Shown here: one piece after another, positions 1-10,346 of the stretch
How positions within the stretch are numbered: position 1 is the first letter of the stretch
How the letters are laid out: each line of letters opens with the position of its first letter
The notes under the pieces: model-generated
Told to the model about the DNA's origin: nothing
Database searches by the model: none
Seen by the model: only the letters and a program-made list of their open reading frames with translations
Assembly: GCA_001916005.1 (NCBI GenBank)
Contig: MNRP01000056.1
Coordinates: 64,182-128,181 of the forward strand
Length of the DNA: 64,000 nucleotides
Source of the DNA: Clostridium sp. 26_22
GTDB lineage: Bacteria; Bacillota; Clostridia; TANB77; CAG-508
Direction: 5' to 3'
Program-made: the position numbers and the translations under genes

Positions 1-641
1 TTATTTAATATTACTGATATTAAACAAAGAATAATACTGCATAATATATAACCATATGCATTATAATATGTAAGTGTACAAAAACCTATTGCAATTCCAA
101 GAAGTACACAATGCTTATTTTTCCAATTACTTTCTAATCCTAAAATCCACAAATAAATTATAACTGTTGTTGCAAGCAATGCTGTTGAATCATTATTTAT
201 ATACGATGCCAAAAATGCTGTAATTGGCTGAAATGCTATGAATACAATAAATAAATACTTATAAATTCCTTTGAAAAATTTTTGCGATATCTTTATTGTA
301 AAATATATTACTAATGTCATACTTATTGTACTTACTAACCTTGCTGCCATCACTAATGCAAATTGATGTGTTGTAAATATAGAAATAATTTTCATAAAAA
401 CTGCACCAATCATATATGTAAGTATTGGTTGAAATCCATAAGAAATTCCCCATATAGGATTACGTATTGCTTCATCTTCACCATGTGGTAATTTATTATT
501 TTCATAAATATATTTACATATGTCCCATTTCATTCCTTCATCAGGACATGAATTAAATGGTTGTGAAATTGTCCAAGTTAAATAATAACAAAATATGCAT
601 ATTAAAAATAATGTTATTAGTATTTTTTTATTTTCTTTCAT
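1..641 (-). CDS. Partial (C-terminus off window) multi-TM GT-C type glycosyltransferase, ArnT/PMT-like
   Basis: Manual translation from ATG at 641 stays open to the window edge (MKENKKILITLFLICIFCYYLTWTISQPFNSCPDEGMKWD...). Hydrophobic, with a DE-containing first loop typical of GT-C enzymes. Absent from the ORF track because no stop lies in the window. Adjacent to a GT2 polyprenyl-phosphate transferase. Confidence 0.5.
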   Translation of the reverse strand, partial: MKENKKILITLFLICIFCYYLTWTISQPFNSCPDEGMKWDICKYIYENNKLPHGEDEAIRNPIWGISYGFQPILTYMIGAVFMKIISIFTTHQFALVMAARLVSTISMTLVIYFTIKISQKFFKGIYKYLFIVFIAFQPITAFLASYINNDSTALLATTVIIYLWILGLESNWKNKHCVLLGIAIGFCTLTYYNAYGYILCSIILCLISVILN

Positions 642-654
642 TTTTTCTAGAATT

Positions 655-1590
655 TTAGTCATCTTTTGTTGTATCTCCTTTTTCAATTATATATGGTGGT
701 CTTCTTCTTGCAGCATCATATGTTCTCCACAAATATTCTCCTAAAATTCCTATTGAAAGCATAATTATTCCAAATCCCATAAGCATAATCATTATTATTG
801 AAGCATATCCTTCAACATCAATTAATCCAGTTGCTTTTTTGTAAATTATTAAAATCAATACTATTAATGAAATTAAAAAGCTTAAAAATCCTATTGTTGT
901 TATCATTTTTATTGGAAAATATGAAAAACTCAATAATGAATCATATACTAATTTTATTTTTTTAGATAATGTCCATTTTGATTTACCTATTTCTCTCTTT
1001 TTTCTCACATATTGAACTGTTGCTGTTTTAAATCCAGCCCATAAAATTTGACTCATTAATGATGTATTTCTTTCTTGCATTTTTACTAATAAATCTATTA
1101 TTTGTCTATCTATTAAAAATGTATCGAAACCACCTTTTGGCATATTAGGAAGTGCTAATTTTCTCATTAAAAATGCATATAAATTTGAAAATGCTTTTTG
1201 AGAAATTGGTTCTTCTCTATCAGCTCTCACTGCTAAAACTACTTCGTTTCCTTCTTCATATTTTTTTATCATTTCTAAAATCATTTCTGATGGTTCTTGT
1301 AAATCTGCTGCTTTTCTAACAGCACAATCTCCTGTGCATTGTGATAATCCAGCAAGAAGTGCTGAATGTTCTCCAAAATTTCTTGATAATCTCAAATTTT
1401 TTATGTTTTTGTCTAATTTTGCTATATTTTGCATTACTTCATAAGATTTATCTTTTGAACCATCGTCAACAAATATTAATTCGTATTCCATATTCAACTT
1501 CGTAAGTACTTTTTCTTTTAAATCTACATATAATGGTAACAAATTATCTTGATTATAATATACTGGTACAATTATTGATATTTTTTTCAT
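655..1590 (-). CDS. Family 2 glycosyltransferase, polyprenyl-phosphate sugar transferase (GtrB/ArnC-like)
   Basis: SIIVPVYYNQ...FVDDGSKDKS...RNFGEHSALLAG motifs plus two C-terminal TM helices. Confidence 0.85.
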   Translation of the reverse strand: MKKISIIVPVYYNQDNLLPLYVDLKEKVLTKLNMEYELIFVDDGSKDKSYEVMQNIAKLDKNIKNLRLSRNFGEHSALLAGLSQCTGDCAVRKAADLQEPSEMILEMIKKYEEGNEVVLAVRADREEPISQKAFSNLYAFLMRKLALPNMPKGGFDTFLIDRQIIDLLVKMQERNTSLMSQILWAGFKTATVQYVRKKREIGKSKWTLSKKIKLVYDSLLSFSYFPIKMITTIGFLSFLISLIVLILIIYKKATGLIDVEGYASIIMIMLMGFGIIMLSIGILGEYLWRTYDAARRRPPYIIEKGDTTKDD

Positions 1591-1619
1591 TTTTCTTTCC
1601 CCTTTTTACTGTCAATAAA

Positions 1620-1985
1620 TTATTTTAAGCATTCTAAAATTTTTGGCATAAAAATCATTAATCCTATAATAACTGAAATTATTGCCATTACTAAAACAGC
1701 TCCAGCAGAAGCATCTTTGGCTAACTTTGCTTTTGGATTTTTTTCCATTGTTATTAAATCAACGGTTGTTTCAATTGCAGTATTCATTATTTCTAAGGCA
1801 ATAACTCCACCAAATAATAATATACATACAAACCATTCAGTTTTACTTATATTAAAAATCATCCCAAAAACAATAACTAAAAACATAATTACAATATGTA
1901 TTTTTAAATTTCTTTCTTTTTTTATAGCCGACCATATTCCTTCAAAAGCATATTTAAAACTATTTAACAAACTTGTTTTTTTCAT
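1620..1985 (-). CDS. dgkA: Diacylglycerol/undecaprenol kinase
   Basis: SFKYAFEGIWSAIKKERNLKIH and EIMNTAIETTVDLI motifs, three TM helices. ATG at 1985 is preceded by GGGAGA. Confidence 0.8.
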   Translation of the reverse strand: MKKTSLLNSFKYAFEGIWSAIKKERNLKIHIVIMFLVIVFGMIFNISKTEWFVCILLFGGVIALEIMNTAIETTVDLITMEKNPKAKLAKDASAGAVLVMAIISVIIGLMIFMPKILECLK

Positions 1986-2061
1986 TTTTTCTCCCACTTT
2001 TTTTCTTATTTATACACATATAACATTATAATTATTTCTTATATTTTTTTCAATATGTTTT

Positions 2062-3504
2062 TCATTTTTTCACCCAAATTGATACACTTTTTTCTTTTAC
2101 ATTAAAGTTTGCACATCCATCTTCTTCTATTGTTATTTCTTCTTGACAATTTCCTAATGCATCTATATAAATTTCTCCTACATTTTGATTTCCTACATAC
2201 ATCCTTTTATAGCCATCTCCTGCTGTTGAAATAACAACTGCTATCCCTGATTTTATATGTTCTTCATCCCCTTCTTGTGTCCAACCAATATAATTATTGT
2301 TATCTAAATAATCATGTTGCATTCCATAAGATTTTTCTTTTCTTATTTGTATTAGTGTTTTTAAATCATTCATTGGTTTTATATCATCATGTGATATTCC
2401 ATAATAATCACCATAAAATACGCAAGGATAGCCATCATTTCTAAGTAATATTATTGAGTATGCTATTGGCTTAAACCAATTTTCTACAAAACTTTGTAAA
2501 GCTTGACCTGGTTGTGTATCATGATTATCTACGAATGTTACTGCTTTACATGGATTTTCTTTTACTAATGTATGTTCTAATATTTTTGACATATCATAAT
2601 TTTCATCTCTTGATGCATTATAAAAATTGTAGTGTAATGGAACATCAAATAATGATATGTTTCCATTTGTTTCTGTTATATATTTGTGTAATTTATTTAC
2701 ATCTGTACTCCAATATTCTCCTACTGCAAATAATTCTTTTTTAGTTTCATTTCTTAATTCTTTAATCCAATCTCTGTAGAAATTTGCATCAATATGTTTT
2801 ACAGCATCTAATCTAAATCCATCAACTTTTGTAAAATTTAAATACCATTTGCCCCAATCTGTACATTCCTTTACAACTCTTGGATTAGAAAAATCTAAAT
2901 CTGCTCCCATTAAATAGTCATAATTTCCATACTCATCATCAACTTCTTCTCCCCATTTTTTGTTTACAAATTTAAATATGGCATTTTCTCCAGTTTGATT
3001 GTTATAGTCTATTCCATCAAAATCAGTCCAATTCCATTCAAAATCAGAGTATTTATGTTTCCTTCCAGGGAACGTAAATTTAGTAGCAACTTTGACTGTT
3101 TCTTTTTGGTAGTTTTCTTGATTGTGGTTTGTCCAATCTACTTTTGTTGCAGGAATTGTTTGAATTGCATCTGCTCCCATTTTATGATTTAAAACTATAT
3201 CTGCATAACTTTCTATTCCTGCTTGTTTTAATGCAATTATTGCATCTAAATATTCATCTTTTGAGCCATATTTTGTTTTTATTGTTCCTTTTTGGTCAAA
3301 TTCTCCTAAGTCATATACATCATATACTGCATAGCCAACTTCATCTTTTCCTCCCATTCCTTTATAGGCTGGTGGAAGCCATAATGCTGTTATTCCAATT
3401 TTTGCTAATTCTTCTGCATTTTCTTTTACTTGATTCCATAAGTTTTGATGGCAGTCCATATACCATTCAAAATATTGCATTATTATTCCATTAATTTTTT
3501 TCAT
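2062..3504 (-). CDS. Cytoplasmic alpha-amylase, GH13
   Basis: MQYFEWY start, DIVLNHK, GFRLDAVKHI, FVDNHD conserved GH13 regions. No signal peptide. Confidence 0.9.
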   Translation of the reverse strand: MKKINGIIMQYFEWYMDCHQNLWNQVKENAEELAKIGITALWLPPAYKGMGGKDEVGYAVYDVYDLGEFDQKGTIKTKYGSKDEYLDAIIALKQAGIESYADIVLNHKMGADAIQTIPATKVDWTNHNQENYQKETVKVATKFTFPGRKHKYSDFEWNWTDFDGIDYNNQTGENAIFKFVNKKWGEEVDDEYGNYDYLMGADLDFSNPRVVKECTDWGKWYLNFTKVDGFRLDAVKHIDANFYRDWIKELRNETKKELFAVGEYWSTDVNKLHKYITETNGNISLFDVPLHYNFYNASRDENYDMSKILEHTLVKENPCKAVTFVDNHDTQPGQALQSFVENWFKPIAYSIILLRNDGYPCVFYGDYYGISHDDIKPMNDLKTLIQIRKEKSYGMQHDYLDNNNYIGWTQEGDEEHIKSGIAVVISTAGDGYKRMYVGNQNVGEIYIDALGNCQEEITIEEDGCANFNVKEKSVSIWVKK

Positions 3505-3597
3505 TTACATTACCTTCTTTTTATTTTGTCTCATTATAACACTAAAAAAAATAAAATGCTACTTATTATCTAAATTTTATAAAGCACCTTGAAAAGC

Positions 3598-3626
3598 TTG
3601 ACATTTTATGTAAAACGTATTATAAT
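3598..3626 (+). promoter_or_regulatory. Consensus sigma-A type promoter
   Basis: TTGACA (3598-3603), 17 nt spacer, TATAAT (3621-3626), about 70 nt upstream of ORF 3694. Confidence 0.55.
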
Positions 3627-3693
3627 TATTTACATACAGTGTAGATAGCAACATCGTCTATACCGAAATATATTTTTAGAAAGGGCTAAAGAA

Positions 3694-4020
3694 ATGGTAG
3701 ACAATACGAATCAAAAGCTAAAAGCAAAACTTCGGTATCATGGTCATGAAATAATTGATGACGATGATCTAGAAACAGCAAAGGGAAAAGTTATATTAGA
3801 GCTTAATTCTAATGATGATCTAGTAGCAAGAGAATATGATAAAGATGGTAACGCTGAGGATAATCCTTATCTTATAGATGATTTTTATCCTAATCCATGT
3901 GGCCGAAAAATCGATGACTTTGATGTTTTGAAAAAAATCAGAGATAAAATTGGCGATAAGAATTTTGCTATTTCAGCAAGTGCATTAGATCTCATCAAAA
4001 GAGTTGGTGGAGCTTACTAA
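3694..4020 (+). CDS. Hypothetical acidic protein, 108 aa
   Basis: ORF with its own consensus promoter and terminator. No recognisable family. Contains an in-frame CGG at 3733-3735. Confidence 0.5.
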   Translation: MVDNTNQKLKAKLRYHGHEIIDDDDLETAKGKVILELNSNDDLVAREYDKDGNAEDNPYLIDDFYPNPCGRKIDDFDVLKKIRDKIGDKNFAISASALDLIKRVGGAY

Positions 4021-4039
4021 TTAATTTTTCCTAAAAAAG

Positions 4040-4082
4040 GTAAGAAAAGTTCTAAAATTTTAGGCTTTTCTTACTTTTTTTA
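4040..4082 (+). terminator. Rho-independent terminator
   Basis: GTAAGAAAAG ... CTTTTCTTAC stem followed by a T-run. Confidence 0.6.
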
Positions 4083-4167
4083 TTTTACCTCTTCCTATTT
4101 CCAACAAAATGTGATAGAATATGCACTAAATAGATTTCAAAAGATAATTTTATAGGAGGATTTTAAA

Positions 4168-4416
4168 ATGGAATTTAATAAATGTAGTAGATGTGGTAAT
4201 TTTTATATTTCAAATGATTTAGTTTGCCCTAAATGCAAAGCAAAAGATGCTTTTGAATTTGAAACTTTTCAATCTTATATTCAAGAAAATGGATTAACAC
4301 AAAATTTAGATACAATTTCTAGCCAAACTGGAATCTCAGTTAAAAACTTAAATAGATTTTTAGACTATTCTGGTTATAATAACTACATTGATGGTTTAGG
4401 AAATATTAAATTATAA
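4168..4416 (+). CDS. Small zinc-ribbon protein, YvyF/TIGR03826-like
   Basis: CSRCGN...CPKC zinc ribbon, then an HTH-like segment (ISSQTGISVKNLNRFL). RBS AGGAGG. Confidence 0.5.
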   Translation: MEFNKCSRCGNFYISNDLVCPKCKAKDAFEFETFQSYIQENGLTQNLDTISSQTGISVKNLNRFLDYSGYNNYIDGLGNIKL

Positions 4417-4434
4417 AAAGAAAGGATGTTTTTT

Positions 4435-5649
4435 ATGACAAATGTATTTGATATACTAGAAGAAAGAGGATATATAGAGCAAATGACTCATCCAGCTGAA
4501 ATTAAAGAGCTTTTTGGAAAAGAAAGTGTTCCTTTTTATATTGGAATTGACCCAACTGCTGATAGTTTACACGTTGGTCACTTTGTTTCACTTATGGTTG
4601 CAAGTCATATGCAAAAATGTGGTCATAAACCTATAATATTAGTTGGTGGTGGTACTGCAACAATTGGTGACCCATCAGGAAAAACTGATATGAGAAAAAT
4701 GATGACAAGAGAAACTATTGATCACAACGTAGAATGTATTAAAAAACAAATAGAAAAATTTGTTAGTTTTGAAGGAGAAAATTCAGCCATAATCGTAAAT
4801 AATGCTGATTGGCTTTTAGATTTAAATTTTGTTCAATTTATGAGAGATATTGGAAGCTTATTTTCAGTTAATAAAATGCTTGCTGCTGAATGTTACAAAC
4901 AAAGATTAGAAACAGGTTTAACATTTTTTGAAATGAGCTATATGCTTATGCAATCTTATGACTTTTTACATTTATATGAAACTTATGGATGCAAATTAGA
5001 AATGGGTGGAAACGATCAATGGTCTAATATCTTAGGTGGTGTAGACTTAATTAGAAGAATTGGAAAAGATGATTCTTATGGTTTAACTTTCAAACTTCTT
5101 ACAACTAAAGAAGGTAAAAAAATGGGTAAAACTGAAAAAGGAGCTTTATGGCTAGACCCTACTAAAACTTCTCCATATGAATTTTATCAATATTGGAGAA
5201 ATATTGAAGATGAAAGTGTTGAAACAGTTTTAAAACTATTAACATTTTTACCTATAGAAAAAATAAATGAATTATCTTCTTTAAAAGATGAAAAAATAAA
5301 TGAAGCAAAAAAAGTTGCAGCATATGAAATTACAAAATTAGTTCACGGTGAAGAGGAAGCAAAAAAAGCTGAAGAAGCTTCAAATGCCCTATTTGCTGGT
5401 TCAGGAAGTATTGACAATATGCCAACTGTTGAAATTGGAGAAAATAAAAATATTTCTATAGTTGATGCTATTATTTTAACAGGAATTGCCCCATCTAAAG
5501 GACAAGCTAGAACTTTAATTAATCAAGGTGGTATTTCTTTAAATGATAATAAAATTTCTGATGTAAATTATGTACTTTCTGATACTGATTTTAAAGATGG
5601 TTATGCTATTTTGAAAAAAGGTAAAAAAGTATTTTATAAATTAGTTTAA
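4435..5649 (+). CDS. tyrS: Tyrosine--tRNA ligase, type 1 with C-terminal S4 domain
   Basis: HVGH (HIGH) and KMGKT (KMSKS) motifs, GGNDQW, S4-like C-terminus. ATG 4435 chosen for RBS spacing. Confidence 0.95.
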   Translation: MTNVFDILEERGYIEQMTHPAEIKELFGKESVPFYIGIDPTADSLHVGHFVSLMVASHMQKCGHKPIILVGGGTATIGDPSGKTDMRKMMTRETIDHNVECIKKQIEKFVSFEGENSAIIVNNADWLLDLNFVQFMRDIGSLFSVNKMLAAECYKQRLETGLTFFEMSYMLMQSYDFLHLYETYGCKLEMGGNDQWSNILGGVDLIRRIGKDDSYGLTFKLLTTKEGKKMGKTEKGALWLDPTKTSPYEFYQYWRNIEDESVETVLKLLTFLPIEKINELSSLKDEKINEAKKVAAYEITKLVHGEEEAKKAEEASNALFAGSGSIDNMPTVEIGENKNISIVDAIILTGIAPSKGQARTLINQGGISLNDNKISDVNYVLSDTDFKDGYAILKKGKKVFYKLV

Positions 5650-5660
5650 TAATTATATAA

Positions 5661-5697
5661 AAAATGTGTGGATTAATTTCCCACACATTTTTTATTT
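5661..5697. terminator. Bidirectional hairpin terminator between convergent tyrS and the UPF0182 gene
   Basis: AATGTGTGG ... CCACACATT stem flanked by A-run and T-run. Confidence 0.6.
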
Positions 5698-8532
5698 TGT
5701 TTTATTAACTATATTATTCTCTTCTATAATATTTTCTTCTACTACATTATTAATAGAATTTGATTGTTTATTTTCTTTTTCTAAAGCTTCTTTCTTTTTG
5801 TCTTCTTGTTCTTTTAATTTTTCAAGTGTATCTATTAATCCTTGCACTTTCTTAATATCAGAGCCTACTAATTCCCAATCATTATTAGAAGTTGACTCAG
5901 ATAAATTTTTATTTGCTTTTACTAACGCATCTATTACCCCATCTATATCATCTGTATTTTCTACTTCAATATTTGATGCATCTTTTGAAAGTAAGTTTTG
6001 AAGTGCTTCTTTTAAATTATTTCCCATTGCAACTTTATTTCCTGAAGCTACTACTATTTTCTTTAATGCTGGCACTTTTACTTCTTCATTTAACATTGTT
6101 TGATAAATTGATTCTACATATAAAAGTGTATTATTAACTGGTACTACAACTATATCTTTAGTAACCTTTGTTCCAGTTGTGTTTAAAGCATTTATTGCTA
6201 AAGAAATTGTTTCATCTTGTTCTAATTGCTTGTCAAGTTGCATTGGTCCTAAAATATTGCTATCTTCAGAGAATTTATATAATTTTAATACATTATTACT
6301 TCCATTTGTAGTTCCTACTAAGTAAGAAATTAGATTTTGTTTAGAACTTGGTGTATATATTTGTACCAATCCAACTTCTTCCCCATCTCCATTATTTACA
6401 GTTGTATAATATGGTTCTAAAATTGTTCCTGTTGATTTTGAAATTACTGTACTATTGTATTTTGCAAAATCCCATAAATCATCAGTTCTATACAATACAT
6501 CTGGTTTTACATTATGATATGTTTTTAACATTTTTGCTTGTACATTATATAAATATTTAGGATATACAAAATGTTGTGCTATATCAGCAGGAATTTCCGT
6601 ATCTAAATCTTCAAATAATGTTTTATATACATTTCTATAAGCCATAACTATTGGATCTGTTTTATCTGTTACATAGAACTTCATTGTTCCATCATAACTA
6701 TCAATTATAACTTTTACTGAATTTCTAATATAATTTATTTTTTCTTTTATTCCATCATGTTCGATTGAAGTAAATTGTGAATAAGGATATTGACTAGATA
6801 TAGTGTAAGCATCTAAAACCCATACTGTTTTTCCTTCATCTGTTACTACTGTATATGGATTATCATCATATATTAAATATGGCATTGCTGTTTTGGCTCT
6901 TTTTATGATATTTCTGTTTATTAAAATTTTGCTCTCATTTGTTACTTCTGATGAAAAGGCTAAATTTAAATCACCTGTTTTTATACCTAAAATAACTCTA
7001 TCTATAAAGTTTAAGCTTAATCCGGATTGTCCTTGATATGATGATGTATATTCTTTATTATTTTCATCTGTATAATCATATTCTTTTCTGTTTTTTGTAT
7101 TTGTTGCTACTATATTATTTGTTTCTAATCCATAATATATTTGTTGATTAACTGTTCCTAATTTATCATCTTCTCCAGATACATCTTTTTGAATATAATT
7201 TAAATTTCCTGTTTCAGATACATCTGTTGCAGATGCTACAATTTGTCCTCTTCCATGAGTATACTCATAGGTTTTATTACTATAAGTTCTTCCTGAATTT
7301 TTGATTTCTCTTGGTGAAACATATATCAATTTATATTGTCCTGCTATTTTGTATTGAGCAATATTCGCATTTCTATATGAATAATAACCTGTTCCTGTTT
7401 GGTTATCTTCTAAAGTTTTTAATACTGTATCTTCATTTACTATTCTAATATTATTTATTACATCAGTATTTTCATCTACATCTTTTTGTGTTATTGTTCC
7501 TGAATTTTCTAAACTTTTTTCTTCTATATTTATTTTATAAGCGTTTTTAGTGTTTTCAATGTTATATGCTAAATATTCTTTTTCTTTGTCTAGTTTATTT
7601 GAATTTACAAATACTACATTAAAGATTATTATTACTAAAAATAAAACTACTAAATATACAGGAATTATAGCTAAATTTTTTAATACTTTTGAAGTGTTAT
7701 CTTCTTTAAATCCTTTTGATGCTCTAATTGCTGAAAAAATCATAACAAAAGCAAATATTAAATAACCCCATCTTTGTATCATTACTTCTGTATAGCCAGC
7801 ACCTGTTATCTCAATATTTTGTGTGCTATCAGAACCATCTTTTATTGTTAACATTTTACTTGTTAATATATCTGTTGTATTTAATACTGTCATTAATGCA
7901 AATAATACAACTATTAATACTGCATTTCTTATTAATTTTTTTATTAATGAACTTTGCTTTAGCATTTTACCATCTACACCATCAAAGTCTTTATTAAATA
8001 CAATTATATAATATAATGCCATATATACTGTTAGTCCAACTAATATTGCCATGAAATATAATAAAAACATTTGAATTATTGGTTTTTGGAACATATAATA
8101 TGCTATATCAAAATTGTAAATTGGGTCTTGTATTCCAAAGCTTGCATTACTTGAACATAGTATTATTTGCTTCATTATAACACTTGACATTAATGCACTT
8201 ACAACTGCAGATATGATAAATGCTATTGATTTATTTGGTACTTTAGGCATTTCCTTTTTTTCTTTATCAAAAAAAGATTTTAAACCTTTTTTAATTCCTC
8301 TGGTTGTCATATATATTATAAAATATAAGGCTATAAAATTAATTCCAAATATTGTATACTTATATTTTAAATTTGTAAAAAATACTTCTGTGTAATTTTC
8401 TCCTAATTCTTTATACTCTAAATAACTTCCTCTTAAACTTATATAACTAATTACTGAAAATAATGCTATAAATAATAAAACTAAGATTACTCTTGTTTTC
8501 ATTTTTTTATTTTGCTTTTTTTCTTGTTTCAT
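5692..8532 (-). CDS. UPF0182 family large membrane protein
   Basis: 946 aa, N-terminal multi-TM region, MPYLIYDDNPYTVV..WVLDAYTIS..YPYS signature, coiled-coil acidic tail. Confidence 0.8.
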   Translation of the reverse strand: MKQEKKQNKKMKTRVILVLLFIALFSVISYISLRGSYLEYKELGENYTEVFFTNLKYKYTIFGINFIALYFIIYMTTRGIKKGLKSFFDKEKKEMPKVPNKSIAFIISAVVSALMSSVIMKQIILCSSNASFGIQDPIYNFDIAYYMFQKPIIQMFLLYFMAILVGLTVYMALYYIIVFNKDFDGVDGKMLKQSSLIKKLIRNAVLIVVLFALMTVLNTTDILTSKMLTIKDGSDSTQNIEITGAGYTEVMIQRWGYLIFAFVMIFSAIRASKGFKEDNTSKVLKNLAIIPVYLVVLFLVIIIFNVVFVNSNKLDKEKEYLAYNIENTKNAYKINIEEKSLENSGTITQKDVDENTDVINNIRIVNEDTVLKTLEDNQTGTGYYSYRNANIAQYKIAGQYKLIYVSPREIKNSGRTYSNKTYEYTHGRGQIVASATDVSETGNLNYIQKDVSGEDDKLGTVNQQIYYGLETNNIVATNTKNRKEYDYTDENNKEYTSSYQGQSGLSLNFIDRVILGIKTGDLNLAFSSEVTNESKILINRNIIKRAKTAMPYLIYDDNPYTVVTDEGKTVWVLDAYTISSQYPYSQFTSIEHDGIKEKINYIRNSVKVIIDSYDGTMKFYVTDKTDPIVMAYRNVYKTLFEDLDTEIPADIAQHFVYPKYLYNVQAKMLKTYHNVKPDVLYRTDDLWDFAKYNSTVISKSTGTILEPYYTTVNNGDGEEVGLVQIYTPSSKQNLISYLVGTTNGSNNVLKLYKFSEDSNILGPMQLDKQLEQDETISLAINALNTTGTKVTKDIVVVPVNNTLLYVESIYQTMLNEEVKVPALKKIVVASGNKVAMGNNLKEALQNLLSKDASNIEVENTDDIDGVIDALVKANKNLSESTSNNDWELVGSDIKKVQGLIDTLEKLKEQEDKKKEALEKENKQSNSINNVVEENIIEENNIVNKTK

Positions 8533-8556
8533 TTTTTACCTCCTAATGAATGTTCA

Positions 8557-9462
8557 TTAAATTATTGCTTTTACAAAATCTTCTGAATTGAATATTTCCA
8601 TATCATCAATTTGTTCACCAACACCTATGAATTTTACTGGTATTTGATTTTCTTCTACTATTCCTATTACAACTCCGCCTTTTGCTGTTCCATCTAATTT
8701 TGTTAATACAATTCCTGTTATATCTGCTTCTTGTTTAAAAGCTTTAACTTGAGAAATTGCATTTTGTCCTGTAGTTCCATCTATTACAAGTAACACTTCT
8801 TTGTCAGCATCTGCCATTTCTTTATTTATTACTTTTTGTATTTTGTTTAATTCATCCATTAAGTATTTTTTATTGTGCAATCTTCCTGCTGTATCTACTA
8901 TTAAAATATCTGCACCAAGTTCTTTAGTTTGTTTTATTGCATCATATACTACTGAGGCTGGGTCTACTCCCTCATCTCTTTTTACTACTGTTGCTCCTGC
9001 TCTGTTTGCCCAGATTTCTAATTGTTCCACTGCTGCTGCTCTAAAAGTATCTGCTGCTGCTACAACAACTTTTTTCCCATCTTTAGCAAGTCTATTTGCC
9101 ATTTTTCCTATTGATGTAGTTTTACCTACTCCATTTACTCCAACAACTAAAATTACTGATGGTTTTGTATTTAAATGTAAATTTATGTCTGTTACATCTA
9201 ATATTTTTTGCATTTCTTCTCTTAGGGCTTGTTTTACATCTTCTTCATCTTGAATTTTTTCTTTTTTCATTCTTTCTCTTAAATTTGATATTATTTTTAT
9301 TGATGTATCCATTCCTATATCAGACATTATCAATACTTCTTCTAATTCATCTAAAAACTCTTCATCTACTTTTCTAAAGTTGCTAAATACATTATTTATT
9401 TTTTCATCAAATGATGTTTTTGTTTTGTTTAATCCGTTTTTTAATTTATCGAAAAATCCCAT
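8557..9462 (-). CDS. ftsY: Signal recognition particle receptor
   Basis: GVNGVGKTTSIGK, DTAGR, TKLDGTAKGG motifs. Confidence 0.95.
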   Translation of the reverse strand: MGFFDKLKNGLNKTKTSFDEKINNVFSNFRKVDEEFLDELEEVLIMSDIGMDTSIKIISNLRERMKKEKIQDEEDVKQALREEMQKILDVTDINLHLNTKPSVILVVGVNGVGKTTSIGKMANRLAKDGKKVVVAAADTFRAAAVEQLEIWANRAGATVVKRDEGVDPASVVYDAIKQTKELGADILIVDTAGRLHNKKYLMDELNKIQKVINKEMADADKEVLLVIDGTTGQNAISQVKAFKQEADITGIVLTKLDGTAKGGVVIGIVEENQIPVKFIGVGEQIDDMEIFNSEDFVKAII

Positions 9463-9604
9463 ATTTTTCTCCTATCTTTTTATTTTTTTACTTAATTAGT
9501 ATAACATATTTTTATTGAATTGTATACCTTTTATGTGTAAAATAATAAACAGCATTGAAAAATGCTGTCTTTTTTAAGATATTTATTTTAACCTCTTAAG
9601 TTTA

Positions 9605-9680
9605 TGGGGCCAATAGGCAGAATCGAACTGCCGACCTACGGGTTACGAATCCGTTGCTCTACCAACTGAGCTATATTGGC
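9605..9680 (-). tRNA. tRNA-Thr (anticodon CGU)
   Basis: Cloverleaf folded by hand: GCCAATA acceptor, GCTC/GAGC D stem, anticodon loop TTCGTAA, GGCAG/CTGCC T stem, encoded CCA. Confidence 0.9.
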
Positions 9681-9701
9681 AAATGTTTATATATTCTGTA
9701 A

Positions 9702-10259
9702 CTATATATTAACATACTTAACAACAGAACATATAAAATCTATAATAGTAATAAAAACAAAACTATATAAAATTATAATTTTCTTTTTATTTGATATTAA
9801 CACAATCTTTTTTTCTATCACTTTTGTAATAAAAGGATGTATCTTCTCAACAAAAATAACTCCTAATATTCCCCATACTATAGAAAAAGATAAGCTTACT
9901 CTTCCCTGAAAATTAAATGGTTGTCCTGTATAATCCCACCATCTAAGTCCAAAAAGACTTTCTAGAACAACGGAAACTACATATTCAAATATTGTAAATG
10001 CTATCATCCCAACAAAGAATTTTCCTACTGTATTTGTTTTTATATTCTTCAAACTCTCTATTAACAAAATCGCTCCAAATCCGTATATTGGGCATATTGG
10101 TCCATATAGAAATCCTCTTTTTGTAAAAGTCCCTGTTGTTAAAATACAAAATGCTGTTTCTAATATCCATCCTAAAAAAGCATATATAAAAAAGTATAAT
10201 ATTATATTTTGTTTTCTAGTTAGATTATTTGTTTCTACTAATTCTACTTTATCTTCCAT
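9702..10259 (-). CDS. Polytopic membrane protein, PF06541-like (putative ABC-transporter type IV family)
   Basis: FLGWILETAFC...GFLYGPICPIYGFG pattern, 5-6 TM helices. Confidence 0.55.
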   Translation of the reverse strand: MEDKVELVETNNLTRKQNIILYFFIYAFLGWILETAFCILTTGTFTKRGFLYGPICPIYGFGAILLIESLKNIKTNTVGKFFVGMIAFTIFEYVVSVVLESLFGLRWWDYTGQPFNFQGRVSLSFSIVWGILGVIFVEKIHPFITKVIEKKIVLISNKKKIIILYSFVFITIIDFICSVVKYVNI

Positions 10260-10346
10260 ATTTTTAATCCCCTTAATTATTACTTATAAAACACATATTT
10301 AGTTTTTGTGCCAATATGTGTTTCTTTATTTATAAATAATATTTAA

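Noticed and set aside
4021-4434. Searched for a T-box leader upstream of the primary tyrS.
   Set aside because: I found only a terminator, a small zinc-ribbon ORF and an RBS. There is no AGAGA box, T-box sequence or terminator/antiterminator pair.
8801-9253. Long plus-strand ORFs antisense to real genes, for example 8801..9253, 21071..22186, 23168..23680, 24627..25115, 46312..46899 and 48944..49321.
   Set aside because: They lie opposite strongly supported conserved genes, have Ser/Phe/Leu/Ile-rich low-complexity translations typical of antisense frames in AT-rich DNA, and lack RBS context.
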